Shown in pieces: positions 37,608 through 47,428 of a stretch of 64,000 nucleotides of DNA (within the stretch, counting starts at the first letter, position 1; each line of letters starts with the position of its first letter). A program made the position numbers and the translations under genes. The notes under the pieces are model-generated. The model ran no database searches and was not told the DNA's origin. It worked only from the letters and a program-made list of their open reading frames with translations. The stretch spans positions 6,415 to 70,414 of the forward strand of contig JAIORB010000110.1 in assembly GCA_021108325.1 (NCBI GenBank), given 5' to 3'. The stretch is from Bacteroidales bacterium. Its GTDB lineage: Bacteria > Bacteroidota > Bacteroidia > Bacteroidales > UBA12077.

Positions 37608-38168
37608 ATGACAGAGCGAAATTTAAGAAAACTGGAAGATGAAGTTTGGAAAGAAATTCCTTTCGCAGATAAAAAGTACGAAGTAAGTGATTATGGCCGG
37701 GTAAGAAGTTATTGTTATGATAAAACAAATGGAAAAATCCTTAAACCAGGTTTAACTAAAGGATTTCATACGGTAACTTTTAAGACCAATGATAAAAAGA
37801 AAACTTTCCTTGTTCATAAGTTAGTTGCAATAGTTTTTGTTCCAAAAGAAAACGAAAATAAAACTATTGTAACACATATTGACTGGAATAAACGAAATAA
37901 TCATTATAAAAACCTGAGATGGCTTACAAAAGAAGAGGCTTATGCCAGAATAATGCCTCGATTACAAGAAATCAATAAAATAAAAAATAAAGGCATTGTA
38001 CGAAATTCAAAATTAAAGCCCGAAGATGTTAAGGTATTAAAAGGGATGCTTGAAAAAGGTATAAAACAAAACGTTATTGCCAGGTTATTTTCAATAAGTG
38101 AAATGCAAGTTACCAGAATTAAGAGAGGGGAAAATTGGAGTAAAATCAAAGCTACTGTCGAGGAGTAG
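37608..38168 (+). CDS. Free-standing NUMOD4/HNH (HNH_3) homing-type endonuclease with C-terminal HTH
   Basis: EVWKEIPF..KKYEVSDYGRVRSY (NUMOD4), VHKLVAIVF...THIDWNKRNNHYKNLRWLT (HNH), and NVIARLFSISEMQVTRIKRGENW (HTH). Confidence 0.85.
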   Translation: MTERNLRKLEDEVWKEIPFADKKYEVSDYGRVRSYCYDKTNGKILKPGLTKGFHTVTFKTNDKKKTFLVHKLVAIVFVPKENENKTIVTHIDWNKRNNHYKNLRWLTKEEAYARIMPRLQEINKIKNKGIVRNSKLKPEDVKVLKGMLEKGIKQNVIARLFSISEMQVTRIKRGENWSKIKATVEE

Positions 38169-38188
38169 AAACACAAGTTTAATTTATA

Positions 38189-38216
38189 ACGCTACATCAC
38201 CCGATGTAGCGTTTTT
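38189..38216 (+). terminator. Rho-independent terminator of the HNH gene
   Basis: 10-bp stem ACGCTACATC / GATGTAGCGT, a 4-nt loop (ACCC), then TTTTT. It starts 21 nt after the stop. Confidence 0.75.
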
Positions 38217-38307
38217 ATTTTATAAATACCTTAAATATTTCATTTCAATCTATTACATTATCACTATAAATCTTATTTTTGATAAATAATAAACTTGATT
38301 TATCAGT

Positions 38308-39291
38308 ATGAAAAAAAATATAGCTGTAGTTGCAGGAGGTAATTCTTCCGAATATGTAATTTCAATTAACAGTGCAAACCAAATTGCTAAAGTTCTTGAT
38401 AAAGAAAAATATAAGGTATATACAGTTAATGTTAAAGGAACCGAATGGATCGTTAAAAGCGAAGAGTTTTGCGATGTGATTGTTAATAAAGACGATTTTA
38501 GCTTTTCCTTAAATAATCAAAAAACAACGTTCGATTGCGCTTTAATTTTAATTCACGGTACTCCCGGCGAAGATGGTAAATTACAAGGATACTTCGATAC
38601 GCTAAATATACCATATACGTCGGCAAATACACTAGCTTCTGCAATTACATTCAATAAAGTTTTCAGCAAAAACTATTTAAAAGCTTTTGATATTTCTTTG
38701 GCAAAGTTCGTTTCAATAAGAAAAGGTGATATTATTGATGCTAATCAGATAATTAACATCACAGGACTTCCATGTTTTGTTAAACCTAATTGTGGAGGCT
38801 CAAGTTTTGGAATAAGCAAAGTTAAAGAAAAAGAAAAACTTCTTAATGCTATTGAAGAAGCGTTTAAAGAAGATCATGAAGTAATAATTGAAGAATTTCT
38901 TGAAGGCAGGGAACTAACCTGTGGACTTGTAAAAACAAAAAAGGATACATTTATATTCCCTCCTACCGAGATTGTAAGTAAAAATGAATTCTTCGATTAC
39001 GAGGCCAAATATACCGAAGGTATGGCAGATGAAATTACACCAGCTCCTATTTCAGAAAAACTCACAAAAGAAGTTCAGAATCTTTCATCACAGATATATG
39101 ATATTTTTCAGTTAAGCGGAATTGTTCGTGTTGATTACATCTATTCTAAAAACAAACTCTATTTTATGGAAGTAAATACTGTTCCCGGAATGAGTGCCGC
39201 CAGTCTTGTTCCTAAACAAATAGAAGCTGCCGGAATGAATTTAAAAGATGTTTTTACATTAATTATTGAAGATGCTTTACAAAATAAATAA
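38308..39291 (+). CDS. ddl: D-alanine--D-alanine ligase
   Basis: AVVAGGNSSEYVIS, HGTPGEDGKLQG, an ATP-grasp region (PCFVKPNCGGSSFGISKV), and EVNTVPGM. Confidence 0.95.
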   Translation: MKKNIAVVAGGNSSEYVISINSANQIAKVLDKEKYKVYTVNVKGTEWIVKSEEFCDVIVNKDDFSFSLNNQKTTFDCALILIHGTPGEDGKLQGYFDTLNIPYTSANTLASAITFNKVFSKNYLKAFDISLAKFVSIRKGDIIDANQIINITGLPCFVKPNCGGSSFGISKVKEKEKLLNAIEEAFKEDHEVIIEEFLEGRELTCGLVKTKKDTFIFPPTEIVSKNEFFDYEAKYTEGMADEITPAPISEKLTKEVQNLSSQIYDIFQLSGIVRVDYIYSKNKLYFMEVNTVPGMSAASLVPKQIEAAGMNLKDVFTLIIEDALQNK

Positions 39292-39501
39292 GTGGAATCA
39301 CCATCACTTGTACCTTTTATAACTTCAGCAATATATAAACACACAGCCGGATTCATAATATACCCAAATTGATGACATGCAAAATGAAAAGCATGAAAAA
39401 AAATCATGCGATTCGAAAATAAAGCACTTAGTTAAACAACTTTTCTAAATATTATTATCTTCGTGCCTCATAATATAAACTTTACTGTAAAATATTCTTT
39501 T

Positions 39502-40197
39502 ATGCGCACTATAATTTTATTTTTTGCCGTTTTACCATTTTTAGGTTACTCACAAAATGATTCAATTGAAATTTTATTAAAATCAGACAGTATAATCTAT
39601 ACAAACTGGCTAGAATTAAATAGTAATTCTTTTTTTAAAGGTCCTTTTATAATAATACATTATGAAAATGGCCCAAAAATAAACATCAATGACATCAACT
39701 ATTATAAAGGTTTTGATAATAATGGGAATTATAAAGAATGTAAGGTAATTGATCTTGAGTTTCAAAAGAAGTATCATTTTACAGAAAGGATTTTCAAAGT
39801 AGAACAAACATCAAACCTGGAAATATTCTATGATAAAATTACTTTTGGGAAATGGAATGCTTCAACGAGTTATAACTATTTAAAATATAAAATTAATGAC
39901 AATAAAATAAGTAAAGTCAATTATAAAAATTTAAAGGCTGATTTATTTAAAAGCCAAACTTCTATGCAATATTTAAAAAAAAGCAATAAATATAGAATCA
40001 GTCAATTTATACTTACAGGATTAGGTTCTTTATTGGCTGCAAAAGTTATCCTTGACATTCACGATTCAGCTTTTTATGCAAAAAAAAATAATCAAAATAA
40101 TTTGACATATATAACAGCAGGTATCTTGATTGTTTCTCCAATTGTTTTAGAAATTCCTAAAAGAAAAAATTATATAAAGGCATTAAAAAATTATTAA
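39502..40197 (+). CDS. Hypothetical secreted/membrane protein
   Basis: Signal peptide (MRTIILFFAVLPFLGYSQ) and two C-terminal hydrophobic helices. No family recognised. The ATG at 39502 is preferred over the GTG at 39463. Confidence 0.5.
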   Translation: MRTIILFFAVLPFLGYSQNDSIEILLKSDSIIYTNWLELNSNSFFKGPFIIIHYENGPKININDINYYKGFDNNGNYKECKVIDLEFQKKYHFTERIFKVEQTSNLEIFYDKITFGKWNASTSYNYLKYKINDNKISKVNYKNLKADLFKSQTSMQYLKKSNKYRISQFILTGLGSLLAAKVILDIHDSAFYAKKNNQNNLTYITAGILIVSPIVLEIPKRKNYIKALKNY

Positions 40198-40276
40198 CAA
40201 ACTGAATTTATTAATATTATAAAAGCTGATCCTAATGGACCAGCTTTTATATTCTAACAACATGAAATATTTTTTG

Positions 40277-40501
40277 CTATTTCTTTTTTTCTTCTTTTTT
40301 CTTTTCTTCAACAGCCTTTTTTTCGCAAGCACTAGGACATTTTTTTGATTTTTCTTGTGAACACTTTTCTGTTTTTTCTTGTGAACATTTTTCTGTTTTA
40401 GCTTTTTCAGTTTTCTTTTCTGGTTCCTGAGCATTAGCTGTTGCTAAAGAGATAACAGCAATAAATGCTATGCTTGAAAATAATACTAGAAATTTTTTCA
40501 T
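40277..40501 (-). CDS. Small secreted Lys/Glu-rich protein with four spaced cysteines
   Basis: Signal peptide MKKFLVLFSSIAFIAVISLATANA, then QEPEKKTEKAKTEKCSQEKTEKCSQEKSKKCPSACEKK.... It contains a 24-bp tandem repeat (40353..40376 / 40377..40400, 22/24 identical). Confidence 0.6.
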   Translation of the reverse strand: MKKFLVLFSSIAFIAVISLATANAQEPEKKTEKAKTEKCSQEKTEKCSQEKSKKCPSACEKKAVEEKKKEEKKK

Positions 40502-40584
40502 AACTATTTTAATTTTCGTTTATAAAATACTAAAACAAATGTAACAAGAGAAAGCACTCGGTTGGGTTATAGCGAGGTTAATTC

Positions 40585-40602
40585 ATGTTAACACGATGTT
40601 AA
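40585..40602. promoter_or_regulatory. Direct heptamer repeat ATGTTAA-N4-ATGTTAA (11-bp period), candidate OmpR/PhoB-type response-regulator box
   Basis: Heptamers at 40585..40591 and 40596..40602, in the divergent spacer. The box is 41 nt upstream of the HK ATG and 84 nt upstream of the small-protein ATG. Confidence 0.35.
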
Positions 40603-40642
40603 AATCGTGCAAATCATTCATTTTCTGGCTACATTTGTATCA

Positions 40643-41902
40643 ATGAAAAATCGGAGATTACAAATTGGCTTAATCACACTTACTTTTCTAAGCCTGGTAG
40701 CATTAGTTGCAATACAGATATCTTGGATTATTAAAGCTGCTAACATGCAGGAAAAACAGTTTAGCAATAGTGTAAATCTTGCTATGAGGTATATTGTTGA
40801 AGAAATGGCTGATGACGAATCCATTTGCACAGAGGTAGTTAGCTGTATTGGCAAAGGAGGCTTAACATCATGTTATGAAAGCTTGTATAATAATGTTGAA
40901 TGGGCCAAGGTTGATTCAATTGTAAAGTGGGCTCTCAATTATTATCATATAAATACTGATTATGAGTTTGACATTGTTGATACCCGAAAAGATGCTGATT
41001 ATAATGTTTGTAAAAAGACCTACTTTTCAGATAATCTCGAAAGTGTTCTTCTTCAAAATGCCATTGAGTTAAAAATTCGATTCCCTAAAAAAAGAGAGTT
41101 TATTGCAGCACAAATTAGCCTAATGTTTATTAGCTCAATCTTGTTAATTATTCTTATTAGTATATCATTTGTAATTATTCTGAAATATTATAACAGGGAA
41201 AAAGCTCTTTACATGGGGACCCGTGATTTTATTAATAATATTACACACGAATTTAAAACTCCTATCACAAATATTGCTTTAGCAAATAGCATGATTTCCA
41301 AAAGCAAAAAAATTGAACAAGATGAGAAATTAAGTCAATATTCTGATATTATTAAGGCTGAACACCAAAAACTTAAAAACAGGGTTGAAGGCTTATTGGA
41401 TGTTGCCCGAATTGAAAACGGGAATAGTGATTACTGCGAAACTATTGATATTTGTAAGCTTATAAAATATACTGTTGATTCTTACCAAGTTCAACTTCAG
41501 GAATTAAATGGTGAAATAAAATATGAAAAAACATCAAAAAAATGTACAGTACATGCTGATAAAGAGCAATTTCAATTTGCTATTTCAAATTTAATCGACA
41601 ATGCTATTAAGTATTGTGAAAAAGAACCTTTAATTATTATAAGAACGTATGATAAAGGCGATAATATTATAATTGAAATTGAAGATAATGGCATAGGTAT
41701 AAAACAGGAGCATATTGAACAAATATTTGAAAAATATTATCGGGTATCTACTGGTAACTTACATAATGTTAAAGGCTTTGGAATCGGTTTATCAACAGTT
41801 AAAGCAATAATTGATTCGATGAATGGAGAAATAAACGTTCAAAGCAAACCGGGAAGAGGCACCAAGTTTATTATTAAATTACCTTATTGTACAGAATCAT
41901 AA
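40643..41902 (+). CDS. Sensor histidine kinase (HisKA/HATPase_c)
   Basis: Two TM helices flank a ~130-aa periplasmic domain. H-box (ITHEFKTPITNI), N/G boxes (DNAIKY, DNGIGI, GFGIGL). Start taken at MKNRRLQ. Confidence 0.85.
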   Translation: MKNRRLQIGLITLTFLSLVALVAIQISWIIKAANMQEKQFSNSVNLAMRYIVEEMADDESICTEVVSCIGKGGLTSCYESLYNNVEWAKVDSIVKWALNYYHINTDYEFDIVDTRKDADYNVCKKTYFSDNLESVLLQNAIELKIRFPKKREFIAAQISLMFISSILLIILISISFVIILKYYNREKALYMGTRDFINNITHEFKTPITNIALANSMISKSKKIEQDEKLSQYSDIIKAEHQKLKNRVEGLLDVARIENGNSDYCETIDICKLIKYTVDSYQVQLQELNGEIKYEKTSKKCTVHADKEQFQFAISNLIDNAIKYCEKEPLIIIRTYDKGDNIIIEIEDNGIGIKQEHIEQIFEKYYRVSTGNLHNVKGFGIGLSTVKAIIDSMNGEINVQSKPGRGTKFIIKLPYCTES

Positions 41903-41904
41903 AT

Positions 41905-42603
41905 ATGAAGACCAACAAATCAAAAATATTACTTGTTGAAGATGATACAAATTTAGGATTCCTTTTGCTTGAATTTTTAGAAGCAAACGGGTTTGATGTA
42001 AAATTATACCGCGATGGTATTTCTGCTTTGAAAGGATTTAGTTCTTCGATTTTTAATTTTTGCATTCTTGATGTTATGATGCCTTTAATGGATGGTTTTA
42101 CATTAGCAGAAAAAATCAGGGAGAAAAATAAAAAAGTTCCTGTTATTTTCCTTACAGCTCGTGCTATGAAAGAAGATAAGTTAAAAGGGTTTCGCATAGG
42201 TATTGATGATTATGTTACTAAACCTTTTGATGAGGATGAACTATTATTTCGTATACAATCGATATTAAGAAGAGTAAATCCACAACAATCAAATAAAGAA
42301 AAACTGGTTTACAAGTTAGGAAAAATCAGTTTTCATGTTCAAAACCAGGAGCTTAAAATTGGGAATAAATCCAAAAGATTAACATCAAAGGAAAGTAAGA
42401 TTTTAACCATTCTGGCTAAATCAAAAAATAATATTGTTAGTCGTGATGATATAATGACGGAAGTTTGGGGAGAAACCGATTATTTTATCGGTCGTAGCCT
42501 TGATGTATTTATTTCGAAACTTCGCAGGCACTTACAAGCAGAACCCAAAATAAAAATCGAAACAATACCAACCATTGGGATTATTCTTAGTATTGAAAAA
42601 TAA
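41905..42603 (+). CDS. OmpR/PhoB-family response regulator
   Basis: Receiver (ILLVEDD, LDVMMP, TARA) plus a winged-helix Trans_reg_C domain (LTSKESKILTILA...VWGETDYFIGRSLDVFISKLR). It starts 2 nt after the HK stop. Confidence 0.9.
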   Translation: MKTNKSKILLVEDDTNLGFLLLEFLEANGFDVKLYRDGISALKGFSSSIFNFCILDVMMPLMDGFTLAEKIREKNKKVPVIFLTARAMKEDKLKGFRIGIDDYVTKPFDEDELLFRIQSILRRVNPQQSNKEKLVYKLGKISFHVQNQELKIGNKSKRLTSKESKILTILAKSKNNIVSRDDIMTEVWGETDYFIGRSLDVFISKLRRHLQAEPKIKIETIPTIGIILSIEK

Positions 42604-42858
42604 GGCAACTGTAAATTTATTTAAGAAACAATTTTATAAACTTAACAAAAAAATTCCTGATCCAAAAATGTATTTGTAAAATACATAACCATTGATCTAA
42701 ATATCTATAAGAAAAGAAATAATATGAGTTATTTGATATTACATTAAACCTTTTAATAAAAATTACATCAATAATATTAAATAAAAAATTGAATTGAAAT
42801 TTTATTAAAAAAACTACCTTTGTTGATTCTTTAAAAGCAACATTCAAATTATTATCGT

Positions 42859-43575
42859 ATGAAAAAATATCTTGTTATTTATTTTATTATATTCATAAGC
42901 TTGAATACATTTAGTCAAGAACATACCATTTACATTGACGCGTATGCGGTAAGTTCAAATATCACATCGTTTACTATTACTAAATCAAATTATAGTAAAG
43001 AAAAAGAAATTAAGGGAAACCCATATTATAATAAAGAATGGATGTTTGGTGAATTAAAAATAAAAAATAATTCATCTTATTCAGGGCTTTTTAAATATAA
43101 CATTCATCAGCAACAAATGGAGATGATCCATAAAAAAGACACTTTTATAATATCAAAACCATTGTATGTAGAATATGTTAAGTTTTCGAATAAAACTTTT
43201 ATATACTCTTTAATTATTAGTACAGGTAAAGGGGCTGAAAAAATATCTGGTAGTTACTTTAGAGCACATAATAATTTAGAAGATAATTATGTTTTATTAT
43301 CAAAATTTAGATCTGACATTAAAGTTAATGATTACGGAACAAGGTATGCAGGAAGCATTGGCGATGGAAGTAAAAGATATACTACTAATAAATCATTTTA
43401 TGTTAAACTATTTAATGGCCCGGCGCAAAAAGTAAACCTTTCTACAAATGGAATTGCTAAATTATTCTCGGATAAAAAAATTGTAAAAAAATATATAAAA
43501 AAGAACAAATTAAACATGAATAATGCTAAAGATGTAGTTTTGTTATTTGATCATTTCAATAAATTAAATTTATAA
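42859..43575 (+). CDS. Hypothetical secreted protein
   Basis: Signal peptide (MKKYLVIYFIIFISLNTFSQ), 238 aa. No family recognised. Confidence 0.55.
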   Translation: MKKYLVIYFIIFISLNTFSQEHTIYIDAYAVSSNITSFTITKSNYSKEKEIKGNPYYNKEWMFGELKIKNNSSYSGLFKYNIHQQQMEMIHKKDTFIISKPLYVEYVKFSNKTFIYSLIISTGKGAEKISGSYFRAHNNLEDNYVLLSKFRSDIKVNDYGTRYAGSIGDGSKRYTTNKSFYVKLFNGPAQKVNLSTNGIAKLFSDKKIVKKYIKKNKLNMNNAKDVVLLFDHFNKLNL

Positions 43576-43623
43576 AATTGATTGAAAGTTACTTGAGTTT
43601 TTTGAGAATTAAATTATACACTT

Positions 43624-44394
43624 ATGAAAAAAGTTTTATTACCTATTTTAATAATATTAATCCCAGTAATTTCTTTTTCACAGAAATCATTAATTAAGGA
43701 TATTAATCTGGATATTAACAATGATGATGTAATAGTTAATTACAATTTAACTAACAAACAAAATTTTACTCACTTTGTAGATTTTGTATTAATCGATAAA
43801 TATAGAAACGTATATATCCCTGAAAATACTGTCGGTAGTATTGGTACCAATATTAAAAGTGGTAAAAACTCTTTATCATTTAATATGTTAAATCAGGATT
43901 TTCCATTAGATCGAAAACTTAGTCCACGTATTATTTTAGACCATAACTACAAAAACGGGTCAAAAGCGGCTCTTTTATCCGTATTAATGCCAGGGTTAGG
44001 TGATTATTTTGTAGAGAATCCTAAGAAAATGGTAATTAAGCCATATTATAGAACCATTGCTATTGGAGGTTTTATTGCACTTGCAATTATTGCAGATAGC
44101 AAAAAATCTGATGTAGTATATTATGAAGAAACTAAATGGGTTCCGGAAACTTGGCGCAACCCAGGATATTGGACCACAGAAACTGCTGAAAAAAGCAACC
44201 CTAATAATTACTGGTTGTTTAGAAACGATAAAGAAATATTTTTGGGTGTTGCAGCCAGCTTATGGGTTTTCGATATTTTCTGGGTACTTACAAAAGGACA
44301 GCAAAACCAAAATATAAAAAAAGCTTTAAGTAACAAAAATTATAAATTGGAGTTATCTGGCACAGGATTTTCTTATAAAATAAATCTAAATTAA
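43624..44394 (+). CDS. Hypothetical secreted/membrane protein (DUF5683-like PGLG motif)
   Basis: Signal peptide, ALLSVLMPGLGDYF and downstream hydrophobic helices, resembling the Bacteroidota DUF5683 family. This assignment is from memory only. Confidence 0.5.
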   Translation: MKKVLLPILIILIPVISFSQKSLIKDINLDINNDDVIVNYNLTNKQNFTHFVDFVLIDKYRNVYIPENTVGSIGTNIKSGKNSLSFNMLNQDFPLDRKLSPRIILDHNYKNGSKAALLSVLMPGLGDYFVENPKKMVIKPYYRTIAIGGFIALAIIADSKKSDVVYYEETKWVPETWRNPGYWTTETAEKSNPNNYWLFRNDKEIFLGVAASLWVFDIFWVLTKGQQNQNIKKALSNKNYKLELSGTGFSYKINLN

Positions 44395-44407
44395 GAGATA
44401 ATAAAAA

Positions 44408-44444
44408 AGATGCTGTTTCAAAAGAAGAAACAGCATCTTTTTTA
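44408..44444 (+). terminator. Rho-independent terminator
   Basis: 12-bp stem AGATGCTGTTTC (44408..44419) / GAAACAGCATCT (44427..44438), a 7-nt loop, and a T run. Confidence 0.75.
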
Positions 44445-44476
44445 TTTGTGCAAGTAGTTGATTCGAAAAACAAATT

Positions 44477-44512
44477 AAAAAAATACTGGCACAGAAAAGA
44501 TTCTACGCCAGT
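44477..44512 (-). terminator. Candidate gcvP terminator (bidirectional hairpin)
   Basis: ACTGGC (44485..44490) / GCCAGT (44507..44512), with an A run on the left and a T run on the right. It lies 31 nt past the gcvP stop. Confidence 0.45.
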
Positions 44513-44542
44513 CTTTTTTTAATCTTTATTTTTGATAGATTT

Positions 44543-47428
44543 CTATTTCAAAGTTTCAAAAGTAAATTTACCTTCACGATACTCTTCAATTGGAGCACAA
44601 GTACACATTAAGTTTCTATCGCCATAACCATCGTTAATTCGGCTAACTGCCGGCCAGAATTTATTTTCACGAATCCAATCCAATGGGAATGCAGCCTGCT
44701 CTCTTTCATAAGGTCTGTCCCAATTGTTTGCAACAACCACTTCTTGAGTATGTGGAGCATTTCTTAAAACATTATTTTCTGCATCAGCTTTTACATCAAT
44801 AATTTCCTTGTAAATTGAAATCATTGATTCAACAAAGCGGTCAAGCTCTTGCAATGATTCACTTTCTGTTGGTTCAACCATTAAAGTTCCATGTACAGGA
44901 AATGATAGTGTTGGGGCATGGAAACCATAATCCATTAATCGCTTAGCAATATCTGCTTCTGTAATATTAGCCATTGGTTTAAAGTTACGACACTCAACAA
45001 TCATTTCGTGAGCTACAAAACCGGTTTCTCCTGTATAAAGAATATCATAATATCCCTTTAATGAAGCTGCCAGATAATTAGCATTAAGAATAGCTATTTT
45101 ACTTACACTGGTTAAACCTTCGCCACCCGTCATTTTTATAAATGCATGTGAAATTGTTAATGCACTGGCGCTTCCCCATGGAGCACCAGCAACAGCTTTA
45201 ATAGCTTTTTCGCCACCGGTTTTTACAACAGGATTAGAAGGTAAATAAGGAACTAAATGTTTAGCAACGCCAATTGGCCCAACTCCTGGTCCACCACCTC
45301 CGTGAGGTATAGCAAATGTTTTGTGTAAGTTCAGGTGACAAACATCAGCACCAATGCTTGCAGGATTTGTTAATCCAAGTTGTGCGTTCATGTTTGCGCC
45401 ATCCATATAAACTAATCCCCCATTTTGGTGAACAATTTCGTTCATCTCTCTGATTTTGCTTTCGAAAACACCATGAGTAGATGGATATGTAACCATCCAA
45501 GCCGCAAGCTTATCCTTATGTTCTTCAGCCTTTTTTCTTAAATCTTCGATGTCAATATTTCCGTTTTCGTCACAATCAACAACTATTACTTTCATTCCTG
45601 CCATTACAGCACTTGCAGGATTTGTTCCGTGAGCAGAAGAAGGAATAAGTGCTACATTTCTGTGTCCTTGTCCGTGTTCAATATGGTATTGACGAATAAC
45701 CATTAATCCTGTATATTCACCAGCAGCTCCTGAATTTGGTTGGAACGAGATAGCATCAAAACCAGTAATAACTTTTAAGTCATCTTCTAATTCCTTAAAT
45801 AACTGATGATAACCTTCTGCTTGATTAGCAGGAACAAATGGATGTATTCCACCGAATTCAGGCCAGCTCATTGCAAACATTTCTGTTGCTGCATTAAGTT
45901 TCATTGTGCAAGAACCTAAAGAAATCATTGAATGAGTTAATGAGAAATCTTTTCTTTCCAGTTTCTTGATATATCGCATCATTTCAGTTTCTGAACGATA
46001 ACGATTAAAAGTATCAATTGTCAGGTATTCGCTGGTACGTTTATATTTATTGTCAAAAGCTATTTGACCAGAAACCTGAGTTATTTTATCAGTCTGCTTA
46101 CCTGATGCAATAGCAAATATTTCAATAACATTATTTACATCCTCAATTAAAGTTGTTTCATCAGTACTAATTCCTATTGTGCTATCATCAATAAAATTGA
46201 AATTGATTTCTCTTTCAAGAGCTAGTTTTTTAATATCTACTGATTTTACATTACCTAAATTTATCTTTAAAGTATCGAAGAAATTCTTATTTTCTTGCTC
46301 ATAACCTAGTACCTGTAACTTTTCACTAATTGTAACAGCCATACTGTGAATATGCGATGCGATGCGCTTCAAACCTTCTGCTCCGTGATAAACTGCATAC
46401 ATACCAGCCATTGTGGCTAATAAAGCCTGAGCAGTACAAATGTTTGAAGTAGCACGTTCGCGCTTAATGTGTTGCTCACGGGTTTGTAAAGCCATACGTA
46501 AAGCAAGCTTATCCTGAGAATCTTTGGAAATACCAATGATACGACCGGGAATACTTCTTTTATACTTTTCTGATATTGCGAAATAACCTGCATGTGGACC
46601 TCCATAACCCATTGGAATACCAAATCGTTGAGTTGAACCAACAACAACATCGGCACCCCATTCACCCGGAGGAGTTAATAGAACTAAACTCATAATATCG
46701 GCAGCAACTGTAACGGCAGTTTCATTCTTATGTGCCTTTTCGACAAAACCTTTGTAATCTTCAATTTTACCATCAGCTGTAGGATACTGAACTATAGCAC
46801 CAAATATTTTATCGTTTAATTCAAGGTTTTTGTAATCACCCTTTACTATTTCAATACCTAAAGGAATTGCTCTTGTTTCAATTACATCAATAGTTTGTGG
46901 AAATACATTATCATCAATAAAGAAAATATTTGCGCCTGCTTTAGCCTGGGCTCTTGGGCGTGCATTGAAAAGCATGATCATTGCTTCAGCAGCAGCTGTA
47001 GCTTCATCTAATAATGATGCGTTTGCTAAGTCCATTCCTGTAAGATCCATTACTACGGTCTGGAAATTTAATAATGCTTCTAAACGACCCTGCGAAATTT
47101 CTGCCTGGTAAGGAGTATATGAAGTATACCAGCTTGGGTTTTCCAAAATATTGCGTTGAATAACTGCCGGCGTTATTGTATCGTAATATCCTAATCCGAT
47201 AAAAGTTTTATACAACTTATTTTTAGCTGCAATTGCTCTTAAGTTTTTTGAATATTCGAACTCACTAATTCCTTTTTGTAAGTTCATTGGTTTTTCAAGT
47301 CTAATTGACGAAGGAACTGTTTTATCAATTAATTCATCTAAACTCGAAACACCAATCTTTTTAACCATTTTACTAATTTCATGATCTCTGGGACCATTGT
47401 GACGTTGAATAAAATTATCTAGTGCCAT
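44543..47428 (-). CDS. gcvP: Glycine dehydrogenase (decarboxylating), glycine cleavage P protein
   Basis: 961 aa, single-chain P protein. Blocks include [19 protein letters not shown], the PLP-lysine region ([24 protein letters not shown]), and MVEPTESES. Confidence 0.97.
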   Translation of the reverse strand: MALDNFIQRHNGPRDHEISKMVKKIGVSSLDELIDKTVPSSIRLEKPMNLQKGISEFEYSKNLRAIAAKNKLYKTFIGLGYYDTITPAVIQRNILENPSWYTSYTPYQAEISQGRLEALLNFQTVVMDLTGMDLANASLLDEATAAAEAMIMLFNARPRAQAKAGANIFFIDDNVFPQTIDVIETRAIPLGIEIVKGDYKNLELNDKIFGAIVQYPTADGKIEDYKGFVEKAHKNETAVTVAADIMSLVLLTPPGEWGADVVVGSTQRFGIPMGYGGPHAGYFAISEKYKRSIPGRIIGISKDSQDKLALRMALQTREQHIKRERATSNICTAQALLATMAGMYAVYHGAEGLKRIASHIHSMAVTISEKLQVLGYEQENKNFFDTLKINLGNVKSVDIKKLALEREINFNFIDDSTIGISTDETTLIEDVNNVIEIFAIASGKQTDKITQVSGQIAFDNKYKRTSEYLTIDTFNRYRSETEMMRYIKKLERKDFSLTHSMISLGSCTMKLNAATEMFAMSWPEFGGIHPFVPANQAEGYHQLFKELEDDLKVITGFDAISFQPNSGAAGEYTGLMVIRQYHIEHGQGHRNVALIPSSAHGTNPASAVMAGMKVIVVDCDENGNIDIEDLRKKAEEHKDKLAAWMVTYPSTHGVFESKIREMNEIVHQNGGLVYMDGANMNAQLGLTNPASIGADVCHLNLHKTFAIPHGGGGPGVGPIGVAKHLVPYLPSNPVVKTGGEKAIKAVAGAPWGSASALTISHAFIKMTGGEGLTSVSKIAILNANYLAASLKGYYDILYTGETGFVAHEMIVECRNFKPMANITEADIAKRLMDYGFHAPTLSFPVHGTLMVEPTESESLQELDRFVESMISIYKEIIDVKADAENNVLRNAPHTQEVVVANNWDRPYEREQAAFPLDWIRENKFWPAVSRINDGYGDRNLMCTCAPIEEYREGKFTFETLK

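Noticed and set aside
37608-38168. The HNH gene as part of a prophage or a group I intron.
   Set aside because: There are no capsid, tail, terminase or integrase genes anywhere in the window. The flanking genes (rluD, ddl) are intact, and no host gene is interrupted.
40183-40434. 83-aa Lys-rich ORF overlapping the small Cys-protein gene in another frame.
   Set aside because: It is a low-complexity shadow frame of the A/G-rich repeat, with no signal peptide and no plausible start context. The 40277..40501 frame has a canonical signal peptide and was preferred.
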